The position numbers and the translations under genes are program-made. A stretch of 61,645 nucleotides of DNA, counting the filler, from Hausera hauseri (lineage: Eukaryota), in assembly GCA_046269625.1 (NCBI GenBank). It is 11 parts of 11 records of this genome, joined end to end, with 100 filler letters (N's around TTAATTAATTAA, not from the genome) between each part and the next. Parts side by side here need not be neighbours in the genome. Positions count along the whole stretch, not along the records: positions 1 to 4,269 come from JBJURY010666664.1; positions 4,370 to 9,862 come from JBJURY010243071.1; positions 9,963 to 14,966 come from JBJURY010363817.1; 8 more parts are not named here. The stretch is one strand, 5' to 3'. Shown in pieces: positions 1-12,900 of the stretch; position 1 is the first letter of the stretch; each line of letters begins with the position of its first letter. The notes beneath the pieces were generated by a model, which was not told where the DNA came from, did not search any database, and saw nothing but the letters and a program-made list of their open reading frames with translations.

Positions 1-1236
1 ATGTAAAATTTCAAATAGTGTTTGTGGATCAAACTAGTTCTGCGATGAAGACATGTAATTTTCCGTATGCAGCTTATAAGAAATGTTGCGATTCGGATTT
101 TGGATAAACATATAAATATAAATTTCAAATGTTCTATTATAACCTGCCCGGAACCAAAGCGTACATAATCACCGAATTTGAAATAAAAATGCCTCAACGC
201 AACGACATAAATAAAGCCAAGACGGACGATATAGTCCGGAAAACCGATCAGTTTAAGAGACTCTTAGATTATAAATTTATTGGAATCTTTAAAGATCTTA
301 AGAACCAATGCATTCAAATTAAGACCAAACTAGAACTGCCAAGGACAGACAAATTTCCATCCGATTTATACCACTAAATACCTCGACTCCCCACGAAATA
401 TTGTTATACAGCACGACGACGATTCATCACACAGCCTCAAATATGACATCGACGACTACTTACAGCAGAATGACACAGTTCTTAAGCCCCATCTAAAAGC
501 TTGTATCGATAGATTGGAGAGGACTTGAAAGACATGGCCTATGTAGAGATTAACCAAGAAATCAGAATACCAAATGGATTGAAATGGGTTTTAGAGAAAA
601 TCGACTAGTTCGATTATATGCTATGAGAAATGCAAAGGATGCACGAGTATACCTATTGCGAGACATGATCCCATATGAACCGACGTTTCAGCAATTGTAC
701 GTACGTCACTAATGGTGAAATACAATATAAAGTTGTTGGACAGCTCTGGAGCACGCAGAGGGCAACAATGGAAATTCAGTACATACGAATTATGTTGCTC
801 GAATTTCATGGATTACGCTCAAGTTTCGAATAGCAGAATTAACGACCAAGATTACGTTTGAACAAACCTTGAGAATAGAAGTAATGAAACCACTATCGCC
901 AATACTATGTATACAGAAACCATCGGAAGACGAAATAGAACAGAATAGAGAGTCATTTCTACTAGTTCCAGACAGCAGGAATACCAGGATTCTAGAAGTA
1001 AATTATGGAGAGAAGGACGATGGATGGTACACTCAAATCGAAGTTTCTAACCGAAGTATAAATGAAGAAATTGTAAACAAGATAATAGCATCCAGAGCTA
1101 AAGTAAAGGATACTTGTCCTGACGTTAGAGGAACTACAAAGTTACAACTCGAAAGAGGATGACTTTTTGGACATGCAAGAAGACATAAGTCATTGCTTGT
1201 ATGGATTCATTGTAACCGGTTTCAGAGTACATGAAA
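1..1236 (+). pseudogene. Decayed unknown ORF; second copy of the RING-terminated LTR-element ORF at 15067-17117
   Basis: About 750-1236 aligns with 15085-15580 (EVMKPLSPILCIQKPSEDEIEQN vs EVMKPLPPLLCIQKPSEDEIEQN; QEDISHCLYG in both). Stops and frameshifts present; homology ends abruptly at 1236. Confidence 0.75.
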
Positions 1237-2482
1237 TGTATTGGTTCCCCTTAGGTATCCCAATATATAAAATAACATTTAAGGAGTTTAAGATGGATTA
1301 ATACCTTTGCATCAGTCCCATCTGAAGATTCAGGAGTTCTGTGCCGGTCCGGCAACTCAAGATTATCTGCAAAAATGAATGTAGTCGGTAAGAAGTTAGC
1401 AATATCTTATCAGATGTGAGAGGACTAAATAATCTTATTTTTATTTATAAGTATAAATTCATGTATTTATTCAATCTTTAGGGTAGAATGAACAACCTGA
1501 ACAAGTTCTATAAATACAATCATGGCATCCATTACTGAATGATTTAAATCTCAACTAAAATCACTACTCAAATATACGGACAGTACTAACTGGATAACTT
1601 TTGAATAATTTATATTGTAGTTCTGGGTTTAAGATCTCGTCATCATACGCCATAATATTCAGATGAGAGGTTACCGCGGAAGCTCATAAAAATTTCCTTG
1701 TTATCGTAAGGTCAGAACAGAATACCTCCATCGCAATCATCATATACTAATTCTACTCATTTGATTAAATGTTATGCGACAGAAATATTAACAGAGACTA
1801 TAATATATGCGAAGTTTTATAATATAATATGGCAGGGGCATTGGATTGTTGATTAATCTCGTCATCTTACGGGTAATTTCTGCACCGGATAGTGAAGTCA
1901 CTATACCTCGCAGATTAGTCTATGATTCCGGTTAATATAAGGGTTACCCAATTTGCAACTTTAAGTGTGGTACTGATAAATCGGTTCGTATACAATGATC
2001 GTGTTTTAATTTGGGTTTATAAGTAAAGCATGTATGATTGGGTTCGAATCTCCAGGTAACTGAACCTCACGCTTTGAGAGATTATTTGTTTGTATACTTA
2101 TACAGAGTACCTGCGATGTTTCACCAGCTTTTGCATCTGCATAAATATACGTTTCTCATACGTCGACCTTCGTCGCACTCAAAGAGAAACATTACGTAAG
2201 GCTCATTATCCCCCATTCTCGCTTAGGTTTAGCCTGTAGTTGAATCCGATAGTCGAACGACAGTCTTAATTACTCCGTCATCTTAGCTGCCAGTTAATCC
2301 CTTTTTCTTCATCGACCACTTGACTCATGTAATTAGCTAATCGTCGGCACAAGTCTGCTATCTACAATATCGATTCCATCATCTCCACATGTTAGTACAT
2401 CAGAATTCATCTGCAGGGATGTTACTTTTCTGCTGGTTGTATTCCCTATTATGACATCACTGTCGGAGTGATCGCTGCAACA
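1237..2482 (-). mobile_element. Putative 3' LTR (~1.25 kb) of an LTR retrotransposon inserted into the ORF above
   Basis: Termini TGT...ACA. On the minus strand it is preceded by a purine-rich tract GGATAGAGAAGT (2483-2494) and has AATAAA signals near its 3' end. The left end coincides with the break in ORF homology. Confidence 0.6.
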
Positions 2483-2905
2483 ACTTCTCTATCCAATCAG
2501 CAGTAAGCACGATTGTGAACTACTCGCACTTAATTTCTACTTTGAGAACTTTGTTTGATAATTGTGTCAGTTTGGATAAACATTTTGTTAGCTTTCATTC
2601 GATAATTTATAACTGGTTTTCATGAGGGGATTTTATGGAATAATTCGATTTTTTGCAGGTTTAATTAATAGTTATAATTCGAAGTTTTATTATTCTCACC
2701 GACTCATGAGTTTTTTATTGGTGATTGGAATACGGTAATAGGTTTTTTGGTTTATGATTTTGTTCCTCTTTATATGTTTGCAGTGGGATATAGCTGATTT
2801 TTCTAGTATTAGATCTACGTTGATTATGTGTATTAATTATTTAACTAATTTTTTTGCCGCTCTGGATAACAACTCATACACAAACAGGCATTGTAAAGAT
2901 ACTCA

Positions 2906-3661
2906 TCAGGGGTTTAACAATAACGAGAAGGTAAGACAATTATATATACAAGATTTATTGATTAATACAGTAATATTCACATAGTACTGGTAATTCTGGT
3001 AATGTTCTAATAATTTGTTGGTGGTAATAACGAGAATGTGGTATTGAGGATGGTTGTAATAAAGCAATAAAGGTGTAATGTTTATATGAGGTAAGGGTAG
3101 TTGGAATACGACCGGTGGTGATCTAACTATTGTGGATGGACTAAAGCGATGGATTGGAAAATCAATTCTGGCAGATGATTGCTGTTCTAGTCGGAAGTAT
3201 CTTGTTGAAAGTAACTGAGGAATCGGTGTATTAGTAACGGTGAGGTGGTGAAAATATGAGTACAGAAATAACATATACTGCAAACTAAGTGTCGGTGGAG
3301 GGCAATATTCGGCGTTACAACAACTAAACTGGTAGGCTGTTTTAGTAGGTTTTCCACATAAACGACATATATGGAGCAGAAAATGCGGAATATAGAAAGG
3401 GGCTGACACATCCCAAGTGTAGTAATATGTGGTGTGATCGGTGGGTTCAAGGAATTCGAATGTTTTGGCCTCGAGTAGAGATTGACCAGCATCGGAAGAA
3501 TAAGCGTTATGTTGGATGCAATATTTAATCTGAGCTTTACAGATTGAACAATAGTGCATTGGGCTTGCTTGGGTTCTAGCTTGGTCCATGCAATACAAAT
3601 ATAGTATGTGTAAGCACGGTGTAAATCGGTGTACTACATCGAGGATTACTATGCATTCCAT
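2906..3661 (-). CDS. Unknown Cys/His/Tyr-rich 251-aa ORF, probably an accessory ORF upstream of the PPT/LTR
   Basis: Open frame in the ORF track, same strand as the inferred LTR; no recognisable motif. Confidence 0.35.
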   Translation of the reverse strand: MECIVILDVVHRFTPCLHILYLYCMDQARTQASPMHYCSICKAQIKYCIQHNAYSSDAGQSLLEAKTFEFLEPTDHTTYYYTWDVSAPFYIPHFLLHICRLCGKPTKTAYQFSCCNAEYCPPPTLSLQYMLFLYSYFHHLTVTNTPIPQLLSTRYFRLEQQSSARIDFPIHRFSPSTIVRSPPVVFQLPLPHINITPLLLYYNHPQYHILVITTNKLLEHYQNYQYYVNITVLINKSCIYNCLTFSLLLNP

Positions 3662-4269
3662 GCATTTTTAAGGATCTGAAAATAAGTAGAATTAATTGAG
3701 ATTTATTTGAATAGTATTAGGATCTATACAATTAACAATATCTTCAATATAAATTGAGTTTTTCAGATAGTTATGCAATTGTCTAAGTAGGTGAGCTTAC
3801 ACAAACGGTGACGTGTACTCAGGAATGGGGGTAGTATGTTATAATTGTTCACTTAGGCTAATTATAAGTACTGGATATGTTAGGAAGTTTGCGGCGATAG
3901 GGTGATGGCTAAGATAGAAGAAAGCTTTGGTATGGGTAGTGGGTAATTTCAGTGAGCAGAGAAGTAGATCTACTTGTGTTGTTATGATGAATTTATGCTT
4001 CGGTATATCTTGTATAAGGGGTAAAAAATCTTCTTATCAATTTTATTCAGGGTGAGATTATCTGTTATGCCCGTAAAGGGTGTTCTCCAGTCGATGACTT
4101 TATGTCTGGGATACATTTGTTGTTGTAATAAAATCTCATCTTTATGATCTCGTATAGCAATGTCAGTGATGGTCTGGTTGATAGTTGTCGGATTAGGTTG
4201 AGTGCTGCCGTAATTATAGGGTACGAAGGTAAATAATCTTTCTAAATCTGATAGGGCTAATCCTTCTCG

Positions 4270-4369
4270 NNNNNNNNNNNNNNNNNNNNNNNNNNNNNNN
4301 NNNNNNNNNNNNNTTAATTAATTAANNNNNNNNNNNNNNNNNNNNNNNNNNNNNNNNNNNNNNNNNNNN
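4270..4369. other. Assembly linker (44N-TTAATTAATTAA-44N); identical linkers at 9863-9962, 14967-15066, 22270-22369, 32003-32102, 36715-36814, 40794-40893, 46205-46304, 50345-50444, 56799-56898
   Basis: Ten identical 100-nt spacers carrying a six-frame stop sequence. Confidence 0.98.
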
Positions 4370-6004
4370 TTCTCTTGACCATTAACATAACCGCTACCGT
4401 CTGATATTCTCTGCATTATAGGAGGCTTTGTTTGTCGAATGAATAAAGTGGTGACTATTTCGATTTTCTTAGTTACAGATTCTAATGTTATAATATCGTT
4501 TTTACTTTTATTAATGTTATCTCCCTGTCGTATCAGTGAAATAGCCGATTGTTGGTTCGTTATTTTATTATCAATAATAAAAACATTTGCTATATACTTG
4601 GACGCATTCTTAGAACTTTGTGTTTTGAAATTTCCTAGACTAATCGTGGAATTTAAGAGTTACATTAAATCCTGGCATAATTAAGTGAATCCGAAGTGAA
4701 TTATTAACAATATCTCTCGGATGTCTATAATGTCTTTCATTTATCAACCCTCGTTCTGAAATTTGCTTAATACTATAAGCATCCAAGCATTGAACTTTTA
4801 CTGACTTGCTAAAGATTTCTAGCGTAATTAATATGTCCGAAAATATTCCTTGTAATCTGTTTCCGTGGTATGTGATAAGTAATTCTTAACACATTTTCCT
4901 TTTGTAGAGGTAACATTTTCCAGTGAAATTTCCCCCTTAATTCTGTACTCAATGTAGGAGCACCACACCAATGATGAATATGGTAGGTAGCTTGTTTCAT
5001 TTCATGTCTGATTTGAACCCATCAAGAATCATTTAGTTACATGAATAACTTTTTAAACTAATCTTTCGTTCTATATGAACATCGTTTTTATTTGATTGAG
5101 ATATATTATTAATTATTTTGGTAACTTCACTTTGCCAACCATTAGGCATTTCTTCTCATTGCAAGAAGTAAGTCAAATGTAAATGATTTACATAAACCGT
5201 AAATGTCATGATATTAAGAAATCATGATTCCCATCGTCGTACCATCAGTTCGTGGTTCCATTCTTCAATTATTTGTTTAAGATGAACTCTGTGTCGTCTG
5301 TTCAATTATGCAATACCCTTTGGTGGATCAATAATGCACAACATAAGACGTATATATGTCCAGCTTCAAATGTGATGATTCTAATTCCATTTTCAGTATT
5401 TGAAACAAAGGTGTATAAAAGAAGTTTATCATTCTGTTGCATCCATCTCCATTAAACAGTTGTTCCCTGGATGGTATTCCATAAAGAAATACATGTCAGT
5501 ACAGTAAACATCATTGTAAGATATTCTCGTCCCCTTTCTTTGCCAAATTATCGACGTTTCTATCTGATCTATGACTGATACTTGTGTTTGCTCATCCTGC
5601 TGATTAGTACTTGTATTATTAGGGCTACGGACCGCATTTTCAATTTTTTAAAATTCTCATTCGTTCGTCCCCCCCCACCACGAATTATAAATAAATCAGA
5701 TAACAAATACATTTGGAGTGAATGTAGGAGAAGCCGAGGTGAATCCTCTTCAATTTGTAAATGTTATATTAGCATTATAAAAATATAAAATAAAAATGGA
5801 TAATCCGGAACCGAAAAGTTGTAAAAAATATTGAAATTGGGCTTTCTGAGTTTTAAAACCATTGCGTTCGAGTTTTTAAATATCTGTGATACTAAAGTTG
5901 CACCATTCTAATGTCCCGTTTCTCAACTTTCGAATGATATGTAACACATGTGTACAGTGATTATTCATGTGTGTAGAGACGATGCAAAGTTGATGGTAGT
6001 GTTT

Positions 6005-6120
6005 TTACTTGAGAAACAGTTTTCAACTATGGAACTTGAGAAACAGTTTCTCAACTACGGAACTGTTTCTACTTGAGAAACAGTTCGAACAGTTTCTATA
6101 GCATGTTGCTATAGTTTCTG
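6005..6120. repeat. Short degenerate tandem repeat (CTTGAGAAACAGTT x3 plus partial copies)
   Basis: Visible directly in the sequence. Confidence 0.7.
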
Positions 6121-6649
6121 TTTTTCTGCGCGATATTTAAATTTTTCAGTTTTTTTAAATATATAGTCACTCTACGAATCTGCCATTCACACATTTTCAT
6201 GTTCCTTTAGTCCTATGGACTTGAAATTTCAAATGTGGTCAACATGTTTTGTCATGGATACCCTTGGTTACGGTTATGTTTACCTTAGTAGCAGGGGTGC
6301 ATTCGATAGAGGTTAATGAGAGCTTTAATTCAAGCTATAGGTCATCAAGACCGGATCAGGCGATCAAGAGATATGATCATTTTTCTGAATTTTTCTGAAT
6401 TTTTGAGCTATTTTTTGACGATTATATCTAAACTGTTGAATATTTTGAATTGATCTTTTGCTACTTTGTAGAGCTCATTGAGATGCATCATATAAGCTAC
6501 ATATCAAATTAATCAAATTAAATTAAAATAGTAATAAATGATGGAAATTTTATACGAAAACGATTCGGTAAATTGTATAATCCTCCTATTAGATGATTAA
6601 TTGATTGACCCTGTTATTACCTCCTGGTGCAATCTTTGTCGTTTGTTCA

Positions 6650-7768
6650 CTAGGCCCATTTAAAATTTTCTTTGAAATGTGTGTTGATTTTAAGGTTACG
6701 TACATTACCTATGAAACCAATTTTCTTTTCTATCGGATTATCACATACGTATGTATTCACTTCATGACTATATATGTTCTCCCTGGACTTGAATATCTTT
6801 AAATCCAAACCAGGTGTTATAAGATTCAATTCATAATTTTCTCCCAATCCCCAAGTTCCCTCCCCAAATATATAACCATAAGAAAAAACATTTAATTTAA
6901 TTTTGCATTCATTCCTAGCCATTTTTATCGGAGTGCTCCTCTCCGGGGGACTCTGTCCACCTTTAATTATCGGTATCATAACATGCATACTGAATTTATC
7001 AATCACACCATCCCCGGCAACACCATTGGGAACGAAGGGGGAATAACGACAGGAAATCATAATATTATCATAACATATCACATTACCTAACGTTCTCTCT
7101 TTCACACAACTCATCAGACTTTGAAATACGACTTCCAATACAATGTCATGCCCATCCGACTTTACGTTTTCGATTTCTAACATTTCATTGAAGATTAGAT
7201 ATTCCGCAAATATTTCTCCTTTCTTTTTCCCTCTGTCTTTGTTCCCCGGGGAACGTCTAAAAAAATTAGATAATTGACCAAATTTTAACATTCCAATAAC
7301 AAGATATATAAATTTATACCGATGAGACTCTTTACTTTCAAACGTAACGAATGCAATTCTTCTCTTTCTTATTATTTTTGGTAAATGTGAATGAAGCGTA
7401 TCAAACATAGTTGACCTTTCATAAGTACAACTCTTTTCCAAATCATCTTTAATAAATTCCATAATACGATTTAGGACAACTTCCGCCTGATCTAGTGGTG
7501 GATCATAATGAGCTTTCTTAAGTTTGGAAATGTACGATTTGTAGAGTAAATTAGTTAATTGGGACAGAGACAGTGATTTTATCTTTCCTTGTCTTTCCTG
7601 TCTGGAATTTTCTACTTTTCTCGGAGAGATCCTACACCCATACTCTCCAATTTCTTCTGCACTAATTGGGATATAAATTTTGTCAAATTTCCCTATTTTT
7701 TGCATGAAATTTGATTCTTTCCTATTTGTCCGTAACAGGACTTTAAAAACAAACAGTTTGAAATTCAT
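6650..7768 (-). CDS. Intact 372-aa intronless protein of unknown function
   Basis: Long uninterrupted ATG-initiated ORF in AT-rich DNA with globular-protein composition; no family recognised. Confidence 0.65.
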   Translation of the reverse strand: MNFKLFVFKVLLRTNRKESNFMQKIGKFDKIYIPISAEEIGEYGCRISPRKVENSRQERQGKIKSLSLSQLTNLLYKSYISKLKKAHYDPPLDQAEVVLNRIMEFIKDDLEKSCTYERSTMFDTLHSHLPKIIRKRRIAFVTFESKESHRYKFIYLVIGMLKFGQLSNFFRRSPGNKDRGKKKGEIFAEYLIFNEMLEIENVKSDGHDIVLEVVFQSLMSCVKERTLGNVICYDNIMISCRYSPFVPNGVAGDGVIDKFSMHVMIPIIKGGQSPPERSTPIKMARNECKIKLNVFSYGYIFGEGTWGLGENYELNLITPGLDLKIFKSRENIYSHEVNTYVCDNPIEKKIGFIGNVRNLKINTHFKENFKWA

Positions 7769-9720
7769 ATTTTATAATATCATTAATTTAATATTTTTTC
7801 CATTTTTCATCAATTCTAATTCTATAGTGATTAATTCTTAGTGATATATTTTTATATAAAACTTTGTGGTAAACCCATTCAGCCACTGAAGAAGTACAGG
7901 CGAAAATTATCACGATGTATTATTAATTTGATCAATCTAACGATAATTTTGAATGAAGAAAATTTTCTAAATTAAATGACCAAAGTACATAGTACATTAC
8001 ATTTTGAAAAGGTAGCAAACCCGGCTTCATTCGCCATCTAACCGAGATTTAAAAATGATTTTTTTTGAAATGTATAAATTTTAATAATTTCCAAATTTGG
8101 TCTATAAAGGCAGACATGAATTTTTTCATCAATTTGTGTACAATTGTAATTTTCTGTTCTTTCTCACATACATTTCTTCATTTTAATTCCAATTGGGTTT
8201 TGCTGTTTTGATGTTTCTTCTGGTAATAATTGGTTCATAAAACAGATTCCTGAAACGCTCAATAGTTTGTTTATATATGATACAGTTTCTTACACTTTTG
8301 ATCACCGCCTTCATTCCCCCCGTCTCCACGAATGTCGCCAGGTATTCCTTGCATTCTCGTTCATTTATCGACACATTTTATTTTTGCACCATGCATATCG
8401 TCAAACACTTATTCAATCAAACCCAACCCAGCAACCAATTATTTTAATACAAACAGTACAACCAAACATACGAACATACATATACATACTCCTAAATAAT
8501 ACGCATATATCTATATACATATTTATATTATATACAACTCTATACCCCCTTCAAACGTCTTGAAATTGACTGGATTGCCCAACTAAACAATTGGGTTCCA
8601 ACAGTAACAGTATTTTTATTTTGTAAAATTAGTTATACAAATATAGAATTTCCCAATTTTGACAAATTTTAGAACTTAATTCAAATGTGTTTTGTGACTT
8701 AACCATACAACTTTCGAGTTAAAATTTTTTATGGCTTATAGAGGAAGATCTCGGCCATCAGATTCCAAAGCTTCCACCAAGTTAGCATGAATATGAATAT
8801 GTAAAAATTGCTTTTGAAAAACATTCCCTACCCTTAAAAGATGAATGCACAAAATAAAAGAGAAAAGAGAAAAAAATAAACTAATTACTATTGAATTGCG
8901 TTAAATGATTAGAGACGAAAGGTATTTGCAATATTACAAGGTACATACAAAGAGATGAATGAGAATAAGTTCAATGAGATGAATCAACTAAACATAAGTA
9001 AAATGTTACAATCAAATATCAACTGATTAAAAAGAAAGAATACACTATACGCAAGTCGAAAATGAACACATCAAATCAAAATTGAACGTCAAATGTTATT
9101 GTTCTATATCCCACTGTAATGACTGGAGCATCCTTTAATGATCCAAATCGACACTTTCATGCGAGATTCTTGTGTATAGAAGGTCTTCTCTGTCTGGTTT
9201 CTTTCCTTTGGGGACTCTTTTCACGGGTTATTATTGGCATGTTATTTTTTAGTAATAGTAGAGATTTTAGATCCATATTTCCATAATTCTTTTCTAAATG
9301 GTCTATGCCAATACCTCTTTTTAGTCTCAATTGCAATCTGGTGCTGAGTCAACACCAAAATTTATGGTAACTTCAGTACCCTATTGTCCTTCAAGTATGG
9401 GATAAAAATATATATATTCTCCAATTTCTGGTAAATAAAACTAATTAATACATTTTCTGAACTCCATTTATATAGAACTGAGGAGTCTATTTTATTGACA
9501 ATAAGGCCTCTGTACCTCATGTATGGGAACTGGTAAGTGTAAATAATTACACTGAGTTGATTCCAAAATTGAAAACGATATTTTTTCACGAATAATACAT
9601 TTTCTATTCGTTTTGCCATTTTTATAGTCTCCGAATCTACGGTTTGTGTAGTTTGATTGTTTTTTATAAGAGCGTTATTCCAGTTGTTATGTTCAATTAA
9701 TTAATTACTGTCTTCTGCAT

Positions 9721-9862
9721 CGCTGGGCGCCATCAGTTGTAATATGTCCTAATTATAAATAATATCAGATGAAATATTAGAAGCGACTTATTGTTCATTG
9801 CTGGGACTATTAAGCTCCATTTCCTCTCTGTCCAAATCTTTATCTATTGAATCATTAGATTT
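9721..9862 (-). mobile_element. End of a 5' LTR (..ATTACA at 9738) and tRNA-Lys-type primer-binding site
   Basis: Minus strand reads ...CATATTACA-actga-TGGCGCCCAGCG, an 11/12 match to the tRNA-Lys(CUU) PBS TGGCGCCCAACG. An ORF starts about 100 nt downstream (9619). Confidence 0.6.
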
Positions 9863-9962
9863 NNNNNNNNNNNNNNNNNNNNNNNNNNNNNNNNNNNNNN
9901 NNNNNNTTAATTAATTAANNNNNNNNNNNNNNNNNNNNNNNNNNNNNNNNNNNNNNNNNNNN

Positions 9963-12900
9963 ATATCCATAGACATAGCTTGCATAGGTCTATCTGGTAC
10001 GTCGATAGGTTTTAATTCTGCTATATAGTTTTTCACTTTCCTCTGTTTCGTTGCACAGACTTCACAAGCGTCCACCCAATTGTTTACATCGATATAAATG
10101 CTTGGCCAGTAGTACTTATTCAATATTCTTTCTAATGTTTTCTTCCATGACATATGTCCAGCCAAATGTGAATCGTGTTCAGCCATTAATACTTCTGTTC
10201 CTAATCCTTTTGGAATGACTACCAGTTTCCGTCCTTTGCGTTCATAGTATAAGATGTTGTCTTGATTCGATGCATAATATTTATGTCCGTGTCTTTGTAA
10301 GTGTTTCTTAAGCTGCCGTCCCTTTAGCATTATATCTTATTCGGAAAATTTGATTATTTGTTGGATAACCTTATCCTTAGCTTGTTCTGAAGTAATTTTG
10401 ATTGTTTTATTTAGTGTTAAGGTCTGTTGTCGCTGGACTAATTCTTCGAGCTGAACCTTCTTCATGGTCGTAATTGTACTTGTTTTTGTTTTGAGTCTTG
10501 ATAAAGCGTCTGTGTCTATATGTTTACTTCCGGGTTTGTATTGAAATTCGATATTGTATTGCGAAATTTCCTCAATCCACCGATTTAATCTACATGTTGG
10601 GTTATTAGCCCGTCCTTTCAATGTTGTGACAGCTTTGTAATCGGTAACTATAATGATTTTCGGCCCATAAACCTAGACATTAAAATGTCTTAAGGCTTCT
10701 TTTACAGCTAATGTTTCTAGTTCAGTGACTGAATAGTTTTTCTCAGCTTTCTTAAGCGACCGTCCTCCATATGCAATCGGATGCTCCAATTCTTCGTCTT
10801 CTCGTGTCTGAGCCAATTCATAACCTATTCCTTCTTTACTTGCGTCTGTTTTAATTATAAATGGGAAATTAAAATCGGGGTATTTTCAACACCGGTTCAC
10901 TTGTTAAAATTTTCTTTATTTCGTCAAATGCTTTCTGTTCGACATCAGCCCATTTCCATTTAATGTCTTTTTTCAATAGCCGATATAACGGCGCATTTAT
11001 TTTCGAGTTGTCTAATACGTAAGTGGCATAATATCCTCATAATCCTAACCAATGTCTTAATTCTTTCTGATTCTTGGGCTCCATACAATCCGATATTTTG
11101 TTTAGTAGAGATTTGTCTGGTTTCGATCCTCCTTCTCCAACTATATGTCCGAGATAAAATACAGCATTTTGCGTCCATTTACATTTCTTTGGGTTTAGTT
11201 TTAATCCTGCCTTTTTCAATCGCATAAGAGTATTTTCGATGTCCTTTAGATGTTCGTTTTCCGTTTTTGATTCTATCATTACGTCGTCTAAATAATGGTC
11301 TAATTCAATTAGCATTTTATTCATCATTCTGGTAAAAATAGCTGGGCCGGTTGTTATACCGAACGGCATGACATTAAATTCGTAAACTCCGTCGTGTGTC
11401 TTGAACGCTGTTTTATAACGATCATCCTCTTCAATTTTTACTTGCCAGTATCCGGATTGTAAATCTAGTGTGGTAAACCATTTTGCACCTTATAGTCTGT
11501 CTAAAGCTTCTTTTACTGACGGTAGTGGAAACGAGTCTTTCATCATAAGCGTGTTTAGGGCTCCTTAGTCTATACAGAATCTGTGTTTTGTGGTACCCTT
11601 TTTCTTGACCATAAGTATTGGCGAGTACCAAGATCGGTAGCTTGGTCGTATTATGTCAGCCTTTAACATATGTTCAACCTCTTTGGTTATTTCCGGCCTT
11701 AATGAATGCGGTGGTAAGTACCATTTAGGCATCCTCTGTTCTTCCAAATCAATTTCATAATTGGAGCAAGGTTTCTTTTTTAATGAAATCGTTAATCTTA
11801 AGGTTTTCGCTCTATTTATGTCTTCTTTATTTTGGGCAATAATCGACTTGTATTTACATAGTAATTCGTAAAACTGGCAAAACGCGTCTGGTGAAAACTT
11901 TGTCTCGACGTGAAATGGAAATTCAGCATATTTGTAAGGTTTTTCTTCAGTCGTTATTGCTGACACCTTATAAGTATGACCCAATGTAGTATTGGCGTAC
12001 AATTTTACGGGAGTTGGTGCATTATTTACTAATCTGGTTGGTACTCTTCCTGTCGTTACTCTTGTCAAAATGTTACTGATTAAAATATTTAGATTAACGT
12101 CTTATTGCTGCTCAAAATATACTGGTTGGTCGTCTTCTTCGCGGATTTGAGCATAAATTAGCATTTCTATTCTGGGCGGAATATTTTCGTCGACAGGGAT
12201 CCATACTTCTCTTTGCTTCCTTTCTTTCATTGTTTTAATTACTTTCACTGGTCCAAGTTAAAGTAATTTTTCAGTCTGTAAGTTTATTGCGATATTAGGT
12301 AATTGCTTCAATATGTCACATCCTAATACTACGTCATCGGTAAGTTGATCCATTATAGCAAACTCATGTCTAAGGATTTGACCCATTAACTGGACTAAGG
12401 GACTCCATTTAAATTTTGGTTTGGATTCTTGCCCGAAGGCTCCTAAGCTGCCTGGGTCTTATGATTATGCTGGTTGCAATTGCTTTCAGAGTGTCGGCTG
12501 TATCGATTCTAATTTGATAAACGATTTCTCCGATCCGGTGTCTATTAATGCATATACTTCCCAATTTTCGATATTAACTTTTGTGAAGGACCTTTCTTTC
12601 ATAACTGATCCGTAACAACTCGACACGTCTTTTGGTTGTTTAACTGAAGAAATTTTATGTCCGTTTATCGTTATTTCTGGTGAGGAAATGATATTATCGC
12701 TCTGTTGTTTCAATTCTTCGTTAGGGTATAAGTCGTTAACTGCCAGCTTATTTGTGTTGTTCCTGATCAATAGTTCTTGTACTGTTGGATTTTGGAACGA
12801 TTTCGCTCCCTGCGTTCCCAATACTGTTGATCTTGTTTCTATATTCCGAGCTATCCTCGGTGAGTACAATATCCTATGGTCATCTTGTGCTCGTCTTTGA

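Larger units (their letters stand above)
5762..8603. mobile_element. Possible ~2.8-kb solo-LTR-like insertion carrying the 372-aa ORF
   Basis: Termini TGTT...AACA with flanks GTAAA/GTAAC (4/5 TSD-like). The right ~300 bp is shared with 42290-42562, where the same terminus abuts a PolB gene. Left boundary uncertain. Confidence 0.4.

Noticed and set aside
4314-4325. Recurrent TTAATTAATTAA as a biological repeat or CRISPR-like array
   Set aside because: Always centred in 88 Ns; an artificial contig linker.
4370-5515. Errantivirus F-type env (signal-peptide-like MMFTVLTCISLWNTIQG)
   Set aside because: No furin site, fusion peptide or Cys pattern could be recovered; too decayed to call.
8320-8342. 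TGGCGACATTCG as a primer-binding site
   Set aside because: Not preceded by a CA LTR end, only a short tRNA match, and it varies in the second copy; more likely an internal cis motif.
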